A stretch of 64,000 bases of DNA, from assembly GCA_963920595.1 (NCBI GenBank), contig OY986948.1, forward strand, positions 3,968,001-4,032,000. The letters are read 5' to 3'. This stretch comes from Eimeria praecox (lineage: Eukaryota). Position numbers and translations under genes: made by a program. The stretch's first letter is position 1. Each line of letters opens with the position of its first letter. Of the stretch, positions 21,788 through 36,093 are shown in pieces. Below the pieces are notes generated by a model. It was given only the letters and a program-made list of their open reading frames with translations. It ran no database searches and was not told the DNA's origin.

Positions 21788-24139
21788 GTGGAGATATTTC
21801 CGTCAACTGAAAAAAAGTACCTGAAATTTTGTGGCAAGCGCATTCCTGAGGCAAAGTGCCCCTGCGTCTCATTCCATGGGCGGTGGCTGCGGCAACGGGA
21901 AACGGGACACGGTGACTCGCGAGCTCCATGTGCATTCTCTTGCGGGGAGCGCCTGCGACCTAAAAGACGACTGAGGTGCTGCTATTTCTTACTTTTGCTT
22001 ATTTTGCTGCATCATATTTTTGCACTGATTTTCGAGCCCTAATTGTAGATAATTTCTCGCAGTTTAGTCGTTTTGTCACCACTGCGCCTACCGTCCCCTG
22101 TGGCGCGATGGTGCTGGCGCGCACAAGCGCAGGCGGAACGGTGCACTAAAATGATGCATTATTATATATGAAGAGCTGATTCCTATTATAGAATAAAGGG
22201 TAAATTTGCATTTCAAGTATTAGATTGTTGGTTTAGGAACACGAGTACATTTTCGAATGCACTGGTGCACTGGTGAGGTCAGGACCTCACCCAGGTGGCA
22301 GAAACCCTAGTGCACTCTTAGATCTAACGTCGCCGAATTGGCCCCGCCGAATTACACAGCACGTGAAAACACTTTTGCGGTCGCGAAGCAGAAATAAATG
22401 CACTTGTGCCCTTTTGTAGGAGTAACACTTGGATTTACATGCAGGTGGTAGAGCACACAATCACCAGTCTGGCGTCTCTAGCTTTACCGGAATAGTGTGC
22501 ATTGCAAGAAACCTGTGCCATAGTCGAGCATCGTGATCTGCATCACAGTTGAAATATGTAAGACAAAATTTCCCCCCAAGCAGACGACCCCACCTTCAAT
22601 CTGGAGATCTTGTGGCCGTGCGGCAAGAGGGCACGTGCTGCTTGAAGCTGGGACACATACTCCTCTTTGCGGGCATGCTGCCTGCCGCAGGCCAAGGGGG
22701 TGTTCGATTATTCTCTACTGTGTTGATGAATGCACCAAAAAGGGGCTTGAATACAATCCCATGTGGGGTCGCCTTGCAGCCTGAGCTACAGCAAGGAGTG
22801 CTGTAGCTCGTGGCAGGCCACCCATTGTCCGTGCAAGCCACAAATATTTGTGGCGCTGTCTCCAAGACAACTATCGGCTGGCGGGAATGTCCTTCTCTTT
22901 TGAGGGCATATATCGTAAGTCTTGTAACTATTGCAGTGCATGACGACCCTCTGCTGAGAAGGAGGACTCTGGACTCATTACAACGAGCTCCCAACAGAAG
23001 GCCAAAGTATGCGACAGTATCGCTCGGGGATCAACTTGTGCACCTTCCTTATATGTATCTTGTGGTCAGTTGCGTTCAAGCGCACGAGTTAGACCGTCAC
23101 AGGCCTTCGATCTCTTCAAATACCTCATTTTGAAACCAATAGCATGCTTTTGTGTAGTTTCATTCGACCGTATGCTGTCGGGTTCGCATACTGTGGCTAC
23201 AGACTGCAGCTGTCTACCCTGGCTAAAGCAGCGACTTCGTACTGGAAGCTCAGCTAAAGTTAGCGACAAAACGATGCTGCGATGATTTGGTCATTCTTAT
23301 TTCAGCTGCCTCACTCGCTTTCGCGATCCCCTACTTATTGCCACCCGTCGTTCCCGTCCCCCAAGAGGGTCCCTCAGCCATCCACTACTCTGTAACCAGA
23401 AAGCCAAGCATGATTCAAACGGCAGGTTCGACTGAAAAGTGTCAAAATAATCTGTTTGCAGACTTACTTTTCTACATGGTTGAGGGTGACGGGTGCCAAT
23501 CCTGCCTTAAGAAGTAATAGTTCATATTTCCAGCGCGCGGCTGGAAGGAGAAAGTGCATTCCTATGTGCAGAAAGGCACCGCAGGTGCCTTCCTTTGTTG
23601 CCAAAAAAGCTTCGCCGTAGCACCATTATTCCATTAGGAAGGCCGTATCTAGTTCTCACCCTGAAGTCCTACTGATGTCGTTTATTCTTCTTTTTTTAGC
23701 TACCTCTGCCTAACATCCTGGCTTACAACTGAAAGCCATGCAAACCGTTAACAAAGCCGCTTCAAGCCTTTTGCTGCTACTGCCATGAAATAATTGACAT
23801 TTCAAGTGCCTTGCACTGCAAACGAGCGGACTGCCTAGATGTATCGTTGCTTCCAACTTGTACAGCAAGTAGGGCTGAAGCCGCATTATTGAAGGTGCGC
23901 CGGAAGACCCAGCGGGGGAAATTAAAGCTTATGAACAGCTTATGCTTTAGCTAGCTTTCAGCTTGCTTCAGCTTGCCAAAGCAAGCAAGGAAGCTCTTTC
24001 TGTCGCTAAGATCTAAGTAAGCCTCACTTGTATTTCTGGACAGCCTTTGCTACGAAGGGTTACAGCATAGGGCGCAGGGTGCACCCACACGAACAGCCCA
24101 CCAAAACAAGTAGGGGGGAAGGGCAATGCGCTGCAAGTA

Positions 24140-27100
24140 TCACAGAAAGTTAAGGGTATTCCATGCAGTTTTATTGGGAGAACCTGGAAGGTCCTCCTTA
24201 ATCGAAGCAGTCCTCATCAACCCGTTCTTGGTAGGAATAGGCAAGGCAGAAAGGAGAGCCTGCTCAGGCTTCTTGTGGGCGACCGGCCTGGAATGCTGCG
24301 AAGACAGCGACAGCAGAAACCCTATGCATTAATGCTTGATAATGCGCAGGAAGTCGTCGCATATGCCAGTCGGGATGTTGCTGCTTACGTAGACGCAATC
24401 GAGGGGATAAGTCATCCTCTCGAATGCATGCAAGTAATTAGAAGGCAGGGAAGGATGGGTCCACATATTGCGCTTTTCGAATATCTTCAAGAGCATCTCA
24501 GCAGTCCCTTTTGCTGCTTCCACCTCGTTCATTGGCGTTTTCCAGATGCATATCTGCACATCGGATGTTGTCACATCTTTCATGGGGAAGGAAGGACGAG
24601 TTAATTCTTTCTTAGATGGGGCGAGCACATCAGCGTGCTGTGCCTGAATAGACCAAACGGAAGGAAGGAAAGGCACACTTGAAAAATAGCTAATGGGCCG
24701 TCCCCCATCTCAATTACCAAGGTGGAAGCAGTAAATCAGCACTGTGAAAAAGCAACGAAATGCTTAACACATGGGTTCGACTTACATCAGGATCCCTCAC
24801 GGTAAGCACTTGTTTAAGCGCTTCACTGAAATGGGGGACTAGGCCTTCCTGTCGGTTGATAAGTTCCTCTAATTCTTTCTCTTTGGCTTTCAAAGCTTCC
24901 TCTCTGTAGATGCATGCATGCAACAGCGGATGAACCGTAGTACAAAATAGGCGAACAGTACTCATTATCTTCGCAGGCCAGTTGACAAGCAACCTAACGG
25001 CATCTAGGCAGAGGCTCTGATAGCCAGAGGATGCCAGTGAGGAGACGCTTCCTCCATAGTCTACCTGCTTTCGTCTTGCATTCGCCTTGATAATGCCGCA
25101 CTAATATCGTCATGGGCGCTGGTTTGGATGTCATCCACAGGCTCTCCCTCCGGGGCGGCACCCGGTGACTCCTCGTACAATTTTTCCATTTCTTCCCAGA
25201 AGTCCGTTGCTTCCCCCTTCTTGCTGAACCATTCACTCGCTCCCAGAGGCTGGGGAGGCTGTGGCAAGCGGTAGACAGGCCTTCGGCACCGCAACACGCT
25301 GCGCTCGTTGAATCCTCCAAGGGTATGCAGGATGAAGGTCCTGCAAACAGTACACAATACTGTTAAAGCACGGCATAAAAAGGCTCACGTCAATGAAGAT
25401 CATTCAAAGCATGCATGCATTTCAGGGCATCAAACAGTTTGAAAGCATAAAGTGGTGTTACAGCATGCAGCACAGCGCAAGAATGCAATGCCGTCAGCGC
25501 ATGCATTGCCGTCGAAATCTGTAATGCCGTCGAATAATGTAAAATCTTAAGGGAAATGTTAATCTTAAGGTAACTGAAGGCCTCCACGCATGCAATGGCT
25601 TGAAGGTACAAAATACTACAGAGGACGTGAAAATGTTAAAGCGGCTGCTCGCTCGTTCGCTGTACAGTGTTTGTCCGTGTGCAGCAGATCCCAGTTGGCG
25701 GAAGAATGACTCACCCATCTGATTGAATCTCCTGAAGGAGCGCCTCCTCGTCCTCTGCCGTCACAACGCGGCAGTCTGCATGGAGCGCTGGCCTGATCCC
25801 CCAAGACAAACAGGCGAGAAGACTAGAGCAAGGAAGCTACTATCGCCTGCCCAGACAAGCCCGAGCAAGTAAATATAACTCTCTCTAGACCCTGAGATCG
25901 TTTTGGTCCACTAAAAGGCTACTGAACCTTCTGCAGCACGTTCGCAATTGAAAAGTAAATGGAGCTGCCGGCATGCGAGGCCGATCCAGTGAACCGCCTC
26001 ACCTGAAGAGTTCCCAAAGGAATTCCCTAGCAAACCGCAGCTTGAAAATGACGATCTTATACACAAGCCAAGGGCAATATGCTCGCAAGACTTCGCCTAT
26101 ATCTCCCAAAAGTCGGTGCGTGGAATAGGCAGCAAGGTCCAACTGAGACATATCGCTGAAATCCAGCACCACCGCCACTGCAAGCCACAGCACCCCATCT
26201 ACACCTGCCGGACACCTCAGCCAGCAGTGAGTTCATCGCTTCATCTTCCCTTGCTCATCCTGCTACCCAGGGAGATGCGCTGGAAGGCTCAGTAAAACCC
26301 CTGTGAAGTAAAAAACTATGACCAGTTTAACTATGGGTCTTACCCAGATGCCCTATCTGTCGGACGATTTGTTGCTTACCGTGAGATATTTTCTCGGCAT
26401 GGCGGCGAGAAGCGGCTCCTAGTTTGCTCCAAGCGCTGTCGAAGACTCTCAGGAGGGTTCGCTGAAGCTCTGCGGGTGTAACTTGGAGATAGAGACTTGT
26501 GGGCATGAGGCTGGCTACAGGAATATACACTGCAGGATGCTTTCCATCGGCTGAGCGGTAGGCAAGGGCCCCCGCTAAACTGGTCTCCAGCTCGAGCAAG
26601 GCATCTGCCGAGGAGTGGCGGGCGAAGCGCCTTCCCTGCTCTTCAACTTCATCGAGGTACTTCCTCAGACGCGCAAGCCGAGCCAAAGAGCTGCATGCCT
26701 CCTTCCGCGACGCCAAGTCAGCGCTCCTTGAAACTTTGCCATCTCGCAGGTAAAGTAGACGCCGCATATCCTCTACTACATACCAAGCGCAGTTGCCGCT
26801 TAGTGAACTGATAAGAACTATAAATTTTGCTAGCTTCTGCTCGTACGCTGAGCAACGCAATAAAAAAGGCGCCAGCACACACAACTACCCTCAGCCTCCT
26901 TGGGGAAGCAACAGCGTGTAAAGGCAAAGTCAAGCTAACCGATAAGAGAGTCCTCTGCTTGCTAGTTAGGAGTTCTGCCTTCCAATTTCACAAAATGCTG
27001 TGCTTACGCGCGAACAGATCCCGGCCCTCTGGCAACGAAGGTTCATCTGACTGGGGAAGCGACCCGACAACGAGGTGGCCCGTAGCGGCGAGGTGAGCTT

Positions 27101-27479
27101 TGGCTTCTTCTTTTCTGCCATCTTTGTATTTTATTGGAGCCTTTACCTCTAAAAGGGAGGAAACATCGTGATGGGTTGTCTCGGGGAAGTTGCCGTCGTA
27201 GTAGCCTGCGAATGCTTCAGCAGCAGCTTCGGGGTCTTCTGAAACAGGGGATCTAAAGCAAGCTTCTTCACACACAGGCAGAACTTGATCCCCTACCTTC
27301 ACTTCCCCTTGATACAACAGGCGCCCCTCAACCACTCTGGGCCACTCAGCAGCTTCCCCATCTTCGTCATCCTTCCCACGTACCTCAGGAGCACATAAAC
27401 GACCACGAATCTTTTCAACAGCATGCTCGGTTCCCTTCTGCTGTCCCTGCCAGCTAGGGCCTTCATTACCAGGCTTCAT
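24140..27479 (-). CDS. Multi-exon protein with a divergent CRAL-TRIO (Sec14-like) lipid-binding domain; apparently intact copy
   Basis: Phase-consistent splicing of exons 26204-26003, 25792-25715 and the exon starting at 25340 gives AVAVVLDFSDMSQLDL...LLGDIGEVLRAYCPWLVYKIVIFKLRFAREFLWELFRPALHADCRVVTAEDEEALLQEIQSDGTFILHTLGG. This parallels the CRAL-TRIO pattern (IIDLxG..LQDxYPERLxKIxIIN..W..KPFL..LLExI..LPxExGG). The first and last exons are less certain. Confidence 0.65.
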
Positions 27480-30400
27480 TGCCCTGTATACCGGTGGATG
27501 AACGGGTCTTCCAGGCTAGATTAATTTTCGTGAGGGACCCAGGGCTCACAACTCGCCTTCCGAGGGAGAAATGTATGATGAAAGGGGGATAAGGAATAAG
27601 ACGCTTGTCAATTTAACCCTTGCGCACGCAGCCGGATACCAGTAGCACAGAAATCGGAGGTGGCGCAGCGGCAACGCTACAAGCTAAGGGGGAGTAAAAG
27701 GGGGGAAACTACCCATACTTAACAGTATATACTGGGCTTTTCATCTTTAGAAGGAAATAAGGAGTATACCGGAGCCAGCACAAAGCAAGTCTGGCTCGAT
27801 ACACCGCAGCCGACCGATCGGACCAACTGAGCGCTGTGGGCGCCTCTGCCCTAGACCAAGTGCCATCTCGTCTCTCTTTCACTTATTGTTAGAAGCATTT
27901 TTTGTTGCTTTGTTTGCTGGAGGCTTCCATTTTTAAGTAAAAAAATCTAGGTGGCCCAGTGCTTCCACTGAACCGTCGATGGCTGTTGTCGGCCACCTCA
28001 CGCGGGGTGTAGATCAACATCCTATCCTGTTAGCCAGCTCTGCCTAATATTCCCCTAAATGCCTTCTACCACTTGCAAGCACTTGCCTTCAGGCTGTTTT
28101 AAGTACATTAAATTGAGTGTTTGGGCGTTGAGCGCGGCAACTTCTTGCTCGTGGTAATGCGCCATCTGCAGTGCCAGGTGCAAGACAAATACCCGAAAAA
28201 GCGAATACGAATTCTGCCATTTCCACCTCGCTCTTGCTATATGCTCCCAAATTCTGTGCTACTCGATTTCGAGGAAATTTCTTCCCTCGCCGCCCTCACT
28301 TTGGGGCTAACTAATTTGGAGAATTATCTGTGTAGTGTTTGGTGTTCTGGTGTTAGTGGTTGTTCCTTCTCCTGTTCCAGCAATCGAAAGGAGAGATGAC
28401 CTCGCATTGATACTCCGCTCACCCTCTTGAACAACAACAAGTCACCTACTTGCTTTTTCAGTTCGGAGCACGCTTAGCTTCAACTTCACCTCCATCGCAA
28501 TTAATGGAGTAGCGGTATAGGGCATCGTTCCTTGGCACTATCGGAGCTTAACATTCTCTTCAGCTGATTAAACCGTCGTCTGGCGTCTGCCAGAGCCTAC
28601 TGCTTTTTCTTTGCAGTCGGACGCTGCGAATTGGCGTTCTTTGAGCGGGGTGCATACCATAGGGGAACCACTACAGAGGAGCAACGGACCTTAGGATGCA
28701 TTTCCTTGTTCGAAGGGATTTGAGGACACCCCTTCTGTCTTGTTATTGAGTTGGCACAAGAAAACCTGAGGATGCCGAATGAGCACTCTAGCCTAGCACT
28801 GCTTTACATTTGTGCCTTGCCCCTTTTTATTCTCTAAAAGTACCGGGTTTTAGATTTCCAACTGAAACGGAAACTGTCTTCATTCTTACTTTGACTTTTA
28901 TGGAAAGATTTGCATTTTGGCCTAGGTGGCGGTTTTTGGCGTTACCGTGGCCTCCTCACAAAGCGGTGCTTTTGCTGGAACAGAGCGCTGCATGCACTGC
29001 TACGTAATTACTTAATAAACAATATGACTCGTTGCCTGTGCTATCGATTCCACCTGAACGTCTTGCAAAGGCGCATAGTCCGCAACAGGTTTCTCTAGAC
29101 TTTATTTGGAGGCGGGGAAGCGCTAGACACCAGCATGAGGTTGCGTGACAGGATATGCGTCTACTCTTGCTAAGGATGCTGCATAAATCATTTTGTTGTT
29201 CAGGAGCTGCCACAGGAAGGGTTGCGGCGAGGAACGTTCGCCTGGCGCTCTATTAAACTTGGCTGTTGAGCCACTAGTTGCCAGTGCCTTGAATCAGCAG
29301 GATATTCTCTATTTATTTTTAAGGGAATAATGACAAAATTTCAATGCATCATAGAATCCATGAAACGTTTTACCTACATATGCTTTGCCTCTTCTGGGGG
29401 CAAGCGTAGTAAAAGGCGGAAGCGCACAATGTTGTGCTGCTGCGCCGTAGAAATCGTATTGTGTGTAGAACGTATGCAACCGCTCGAGCATTTACGCTTC
29501 ATATTCCCTATAGGGTATCTCACAAGCACAAATATGTTCTGCCCTGGCTCACAAAAAGTCCCTTTCTCCTGTCTTCACAGACCTGTTTCCGAGGCTGACG
29601 GCTCCAGCTGAGCGTTAGCCGGTAATTCGCTGTGTTTCTGTATGCAGATTCATTCACTGCAGCCTAATGCACGAGTTCGACTGCCAGCAGCTGAGGGCCT
29701 GTTCATCACCCATCATTGCCACTCAGCTTCTGTATACAATCTTTTCGTTACAGAAATGTACTGGCATGACTGGCATGCAGCAGCTCTGGTACTTGGTGCA
29801 GAAGCATGCTGGATGGCTCTCAAGTGCATTTTGTTCGCATCCAGTACGTGATACCCGTTGGCCGTTTTGTGCGCAATATCATCTGGAGACGATGTGATGC
29901 AAGGAATGATAACGCCTTTCGCGGAGCAATCCTCCCGTCACACAGGGGCATTTCCGTTCCTTTGAGGACACGCGCATTTCAATCACCACCAGCATGAAAC
30001 AACTTTACGGATAGGCTAACTCGGTAAAGCCATCTGCACTTTCCAGCTGCTGTTCCAGGATTGTTCTGTCACCACAAAATGACTGAATACGCTTGGTGTT
30101 TACAAGCATAAAGGACTCAGGAAGAAGCTTGAGTCATGCTTACACTTGGGCAAACTCAAGAAATGAGAAGAGGAAGCTACCTTAGCTGCTACAGGCCGTT
30201 GCCACAGTTGTTCAAACGCTGATGGAAACACCATTTGGGTGCTTACATCATATACGCAGTAAGAGTGCCGTTTCCATGGGCCAGGGCAAATGCTTCAGCT
30301 ATATATTCAAAAAATGCGCTGTAGTCGGTCACAGCTATCAAGTACAAGAGGCCCTCGGTCCCTGCACAAGCAGGGATCTCAGAGGGGACCTTTTACATAG

Positions 30401-31970
30401 TAGGAAGCAACGCCCCCTATGGAAGCTTGAGTATCTAGATTCGCTTGCAGCCGGTGGTGCGCGAGGGGGGGAGTGCTTTTCACATCTGCAGGCAAAAGCA
30501 TATGGTTAAACAAGGCTGAATAATCCTCCTATTCAATCTAACCTTCTAAAGTTACTGCCCAACTCCGTATTCCTTCAAACAAATGCATCTGTGTCCTACA
30601 GGCGAGGCAGAGCTAAAACGTGCGAAGTAGCCATACAAAAGCTGAGCTAGGCTTACAGCAGGCCAACTTCAATCAAATTCATCCTACAACTGAATGTGCC
30701 AAGCAGGCCGAGGCGAGGCTAGCACCGATTTGAACGCGAGGGCAATATGCAAAAGCTACTACCGAATTGTTGAAATTAAGCGTATTTTTATTTTTCTAAA
30801 GGGTGTTGGAAGAATTCTTATTCAATATTAGCCACTGGTATAGCACTGCCGCTGAGAAGCAGTTGAGGAGTAGCCGCCAACCACCTTTTTAGGCCGGGGC
30901 TCAGATGAGATTCCAACCTAGCTGCTCATCATGCAGCCTCGAGTTGCTTGATCACTGTTTAATTTGAGTTGGCCATTGGCGAACACCTTAAAGCAGGACC
31001 GGCCTTGCGGGCCAAGCACGGCGTTCTGGAATCAGCGGGCAGCAAGCAAGGGTAAGATATATCGCATGTGATGGACACGCTGCAGTAAATTTAGTGATGC
31101 GCGTGAAGATCCAGCACATGCGCGGGTTCTGCGACCTTCATGCTAGAATATTCCGCTGCCAGTTCAATTGCAGAAGGACCAAGCGGAACAAAAATTCATC
31201 TTTCCGGGTTGCCGCCGGATTTCCGACATCTGATACCACGCATGCGAAAAGGAGCATCGTTTGCAGTTACACTGGTGGGAAAATGAGGGAGCGTCACCGC
31301 TCATATTAGCCTGAAGGCAGCCGAAACTGCACCATCTATTGACATGGTAACCTGCCAGCCATCTGAAGGCAGCCAACGCGAACCTGTCTACAGTAAAAAC
31401 ACGTTAGAGGGGCCCTTGAAATTAAGCAAAATGGTCTTTGCTAACTTCACTTTAAACCAATATTGGCCTAACAATACTAAGAAAAATGGAAATTGCAAGC
31501 CTTAATTCACCCCACTCCTTTTTTTTAAAGCAATGCAATTGTGCTGAGCTAATAGTTGCGAGTTTCGGGAGGACCCAGCCAGTTAGTGCATGCTTAGGCA
31601 AGAGGAGGGGGGAAGCATCAACTCGTGGTCTTCTTCAGGGGCTAAGAAACTGCCTACGCGTCAGCTGGGCTCGGCTCAGCGAGGAAAGGGACTCGTTGCG
31701 CTTCGAGGCATTACCACGAAACCCGTATACATGTTCACATATATAATATCAAGGGTTTAAGTTGGGCTGCAGCCAACCTTGGCTGCTTTTAATACACCTA
31801 CAACAAAAAATAAGGGTTTCTGCAGATAGCACGCTAAATAACACGGAATTGATATACACAGGCATCGCCAGGCAGCAGACATGCGCATGCCTCTTGCGCG
31901 ATGCTTTTGCTTCAGCTCTGCTTGCAAAAGCAGTGGTGGTAGCTTGGCGGTGAGGGCCTGAAGCTGTAAT

Positions 31971-32052
31971 CCAGACGTACTTTGCTACCAGAGCAGCATA
32001 GCAGCTTGTTGCCAGACGTACTTTGCTAGCAGAGCAGCATAGCAGCTTGTTG
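31971..32052. repeat. 41-bp direct tandem duplication (1 mismatch), intergenic
   Basis: ccagacgtactttgcta[c/g]cagagcagcatagcagcttgttg x2. Confidence 0.9.
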
Positions 32053-35000
32053 TGGGATGCAAGTGAAATGAATGTTGAAGATGAAACCTATCCCTCGTTG
32101 CATATTGCGCTCCCGTGCAGTCCATTTGCCTCTGCTGGAGCAGTTAGAGGAGTTCCTAACCAGCTCAGGGGTGAAATATCTGTCAAACTGAGGAATGCGA
32201 AGGTAGTGAATGCAGTGTTGGTTACCACGAATGCCCAAGAAGCTTCCAAATGTCCATACAGACACCAGAGGGACTGTCTCGGGCACAAGCTGTCGAACGT
32301 CCAAGTTAGGCCTCTCATGATGGGCTCAATTCTTTGCTTTATTGTATAGCTATTTTTGCAGTAAGAGATCTTGTTGCCAGCATGTTCTTTTGTAGGCTGT
32401 TCTGAGGCTGCATTGTAGAGATCCTGGAGACAAGGACGTGTTGTCTACAGGTTTCAACCTCATTTTGACACATATCCTGATAATACAAGAGCACGATAAT
32501 GCTTGCCTGCAAGTAAGTATTTCGGGGAGTGTTTGTACTCGTGCACATGGTTTGGAATACTGCAGCATCCAGGGAGATGCGCAGTATTCTGTGGGTGAAA
32601 ATCTAAAGTCGTCTAACCCATGGTGAGCAGGTCACTATGCTCGCTAATCTGCGTTCACCCTCTTAGGGAAGGAAGGCACACAAAAGCGTGACTACTTGCG
32701 TTGCTACCAAGGTGTGTCTGCTGCCGCCTGTGTTCAATTTGCCGGTTTCTAATGACAGTCTATTCGCTTGCATGGGTTTCAGTAGCCCGTGGCAAAAGTT
32801 CCTTTTGCTGCACCGAAAAGAGCTTAAGAAACACCTAAGATCGTCTGCTTATCCCTTATTTGAGTAGAGGCGAGCGACCATCTCACGGCTCTGAACGTAT
32901 ACAGCCAGGGTTAGGAGCAACACTGGAAGATCATGACAGTAGGGATACACCCCAATCCGTTTGCTGTCTGCCCTTCGTAAACCACGTGTTCTGCAGTTTT
33001 CCTACAGCTTCAAACCTCTGCACCGGCATTCTATACTCTGCACATGACAATTGAGAACTCTCATCCACGCACAACAGACTACAGACTGCGCCCTGGCCTT
33101 CTTACTTCGTCTAACGGCGGTACGTTTGAGGCCCTTGCCACATCTAAAGGGATTGGGCTATCCTACACACGGCAACCTGGTATCTTGTGCAGACTTGACG
33201 CTTCCTGGGTTACACGCTACCTCCAATCATATTAAACATTATATTAGAGCTGCAAAGCCACTACAAAAGATTCGTTCCTCGGGCCCAGTGCAAAAGCAAC
33301 CACAGGGACGGGCTTGCTGACTAGCTGCTTCTGTGGTATTTTCCTCAGGCGTCTCACTCGCGTGAGGCTCAGCAACGGCTAAATGAGGAAAGGGGATCTG
33401 AACTATTTTGTCTGTCGCTTCGCAGTGCGGGATCTTTAAAGAACGGATGCAGCTGCAGATTATGTTCTCTAAAAGCAGTGTTTATGCTTCGAAGCTCAAG
33501 CTCGCTTTTCTTGAACTGCGCACTGCTCCCTGAGATCCCGACGTGCTTTTGCATTCATATTTGAGGATTGATGCTTTGGCTTAGCTAGCAAAGGTGTGGA
33601 AAGAAACGGATAAGTTCATCCGTATTCCTTGCAGAGAGTGTAAGGTACCCTGCTGAAGCCAGCATGCACCGCCACGATCTATTCTTGGGCTAATTGAAGA
33701 TTGCCGTTTGGTTAAATATTTTAGCGGCTTCTTATTGTAGCTTAGGGGCGTCACAAGATGCATGAGCGTGCAACTACCCTTCGCTATCCAAAGCCTTCTA
33801 GTGTGCTCTTTCCATTGATATGCTGCATTCACCTCAGCTCATACGGGCGGTAAAGAGAGGCAAATCTTTATTGAATTTCTGTCCGGAGCTGAGCTAAGCC
33901 TAATGCAAGTAACCGACAAACGGCTTCTGAGCGGAAACAACAGAGCGGTCCTCCGTTAGCTCACCTGCGCGACGCTCGAGGTAGGGATGAGAGCAGCATC
34001 CCAGTGCATGAGGCATCCAGAAGACAGCTTCCATTACTACAGCAAGCAAGCAAGCAAGCTCGTATATGAATCAGCCAGTTTGTGGAAGGAGTAGGAAGCA
34101 CCATCGAGGAGAGAACTCAGGACCTAGCTAGGTTCTTCGCTCTCTACGATTCAGACACTTCAGAAGATTGCCAGTACAGCAGGCGCCAAGCAAGGGAAGA
34201 AAAAAGGAGGGGGCTGCCCATGAGCAATTGTCAAGGAGGCGCAGCCGCACCACGAGAGGCAGGAATTATGCCGTCTGCCACATTTTCAGTGGCTCAACAC
34301 CAAGAGCTAAGCAGCTCTGGCAGCGGAACCAGCCACACCAGGTCTGCGGTCAAACAGCATCTGCCTCACCGCACAGCTAACAGCAGTGGCAATTGCAGCT
34401 ACATAGAGGACGACAGGAACTCCGGTTTGCCACTCAGCAGAATGGCACGAAGGCGAGCAGTAAAGCTTCAGAATAGTCGAAAACCCGCAATACCGTACCA
34501 GCAAACCACAAAGACGGTTGGTTCCGTTGTGCAGCTCTCTTGCGGCGCTCTCGGCAACGCAGAAGACCCAGAGACCACGCCGCTGAAGGTCCAGTATTAA
34601 ACAACGGAGGAAGCTGACAATTCCTACAGCGCAAGACCGGTTGCCCCCCCCTGGTGCTTTGGTACCGTTCACTCCACCCACGCGCAGGCCAGCCCGAGCA
34701 GTTTCGTCGGTAACACGGGGAAAAGCCAGAAAGGAGCGTCTGTTTTTCCCCCTAACTGCGGGTCTAAGTTGGCTCAGCCACGAGAGAAGCTACAGGCTAC
34801 CTGCTACACTTTAGTAAGTGACTGACGGGGTGCAGCAGCATCAAGCGACCTGCGCTACAGAGGGTAATGTAGTGACTGCAAGTGGGGTGGACGCCGGGGG
34901 TGAATATTGTCGGGGCTGGTGCATTCTTTATATTCAGGAAGAAAAAGAAGAAAATGGGCAACGTCACTGCTCTTTCTGTCAATGTGCGCTCGTTCAATAA

Positions 35001-36093
35001 CTGAGCAGCAGCTCAGGGGTTTAAGACGTAATGCGCGTAAAGAGAGTTCCAACCTTACCCTAATTTGCTACCTTTCGAGATGAATGTACCTAGAGGCATA
35101 GATAGATTTTATTAAAGGGTCTTACCTCAGCCTTCCGGTAGTCAGTGGAAATATGCTTTTGTGGCGTCCTTGCCGATACACAGTGCCTGCCCAGCGCCCG
35201 AGTATCCACTTTTACCCGTTACAACCAGCATGAATGCTCTCCCACATCTCCTTTTGTATTTGAATATGCTCATGCAACGATTAGGTAAGATAATGATTGC
35301 TTTATGGGGAATACCCAATAAACCCCGCCTTAGCACCTCTTAGGTTGCCACCGCAGCTAGCTCAGGTGTGCCGAAGCCCGCAGTCCCTCATAAGGCACCA
35401 GACTCCACCGAAAAGCCTACTGCGCCCAGAAACATTAAAGGAGAACACTAGAGAATCAGAGTTGCTTCGTTATTCCTGCACCTGAAGAGAGTCGATCCAC
35501 AAGCGCATCGTACTTGACCACGTGCGGAGCGCGGGCGGACTACAGAACACCCGTTTGCAAGTGGGAAAGGCTCGGCATATTAGGCGGAATATGGCAATAT
35601 TGGGATAATTTTACGCCATAATTCTTTAAGAAAAGCCCTGGCTGCCCAGCGTGTGCGCCCCGAGAACCGCTGGGTGGATCGCAGCCGACAACAGCTGTCG
35701 GCCGAACCTGACCACTGCGAGCTGCTGCATCGGGAGAGCCCTGGTGCACTCGAAGTGCTTGCTGCTGTTTACGACAAATCGTTCTTGATTTCGGAACAGG
35801 AATCTCCAATGTGGAAGGAATTGTTCCCTTTGTTGCCCTTTGGATCCCCCTAATGCCAGCTATTGTGCGCTCACTGTGCTGCAGTTTGTGAGGCCGCTGG
35901 CTGTTGCATCGACTGCCCGGCAGTTCATCCATACGCATTCGGTTCACTCTACTCGTTTCATATTTTGCATTTTTGAGTGAGATTTATAGCTTCCGCTGCA
36001 TCTTGCTCTACACATTACTGCTTGTTTTAGCGTGTCAGCCTTCTGGGCACCTGAGCACCGCCTTGCAATCCAACGCATCATCCCCCTTTGAAA

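Larger units (their letters stand above)
20283..29636. repeat. Copy B of the ~9.4-kb direct tandem segmental duplication
   Basis: Collinear with 10858-20237. Confidence 0.95.

Noticed and set aside
10858..29636. Duplication as a transposon or LTR retroelement
   Set aside because: No RT, integrase or transposase motifs, terminal repeats or target-site duplication seen; the content is ordinary host genes.
29640..34000. ~4-kb region with many short ORFs
   Set aside because: No recognisable protein or RNA gene and no consistent exon chain; treated as intergenic.
34082..35000. 172-aa GTG-start ORF plus a downstream CSFCQC fragment
   Set aside because: Stop just upstream, no recognisable motif and no consistent splice model; could be an exon or relic but is unsupported.
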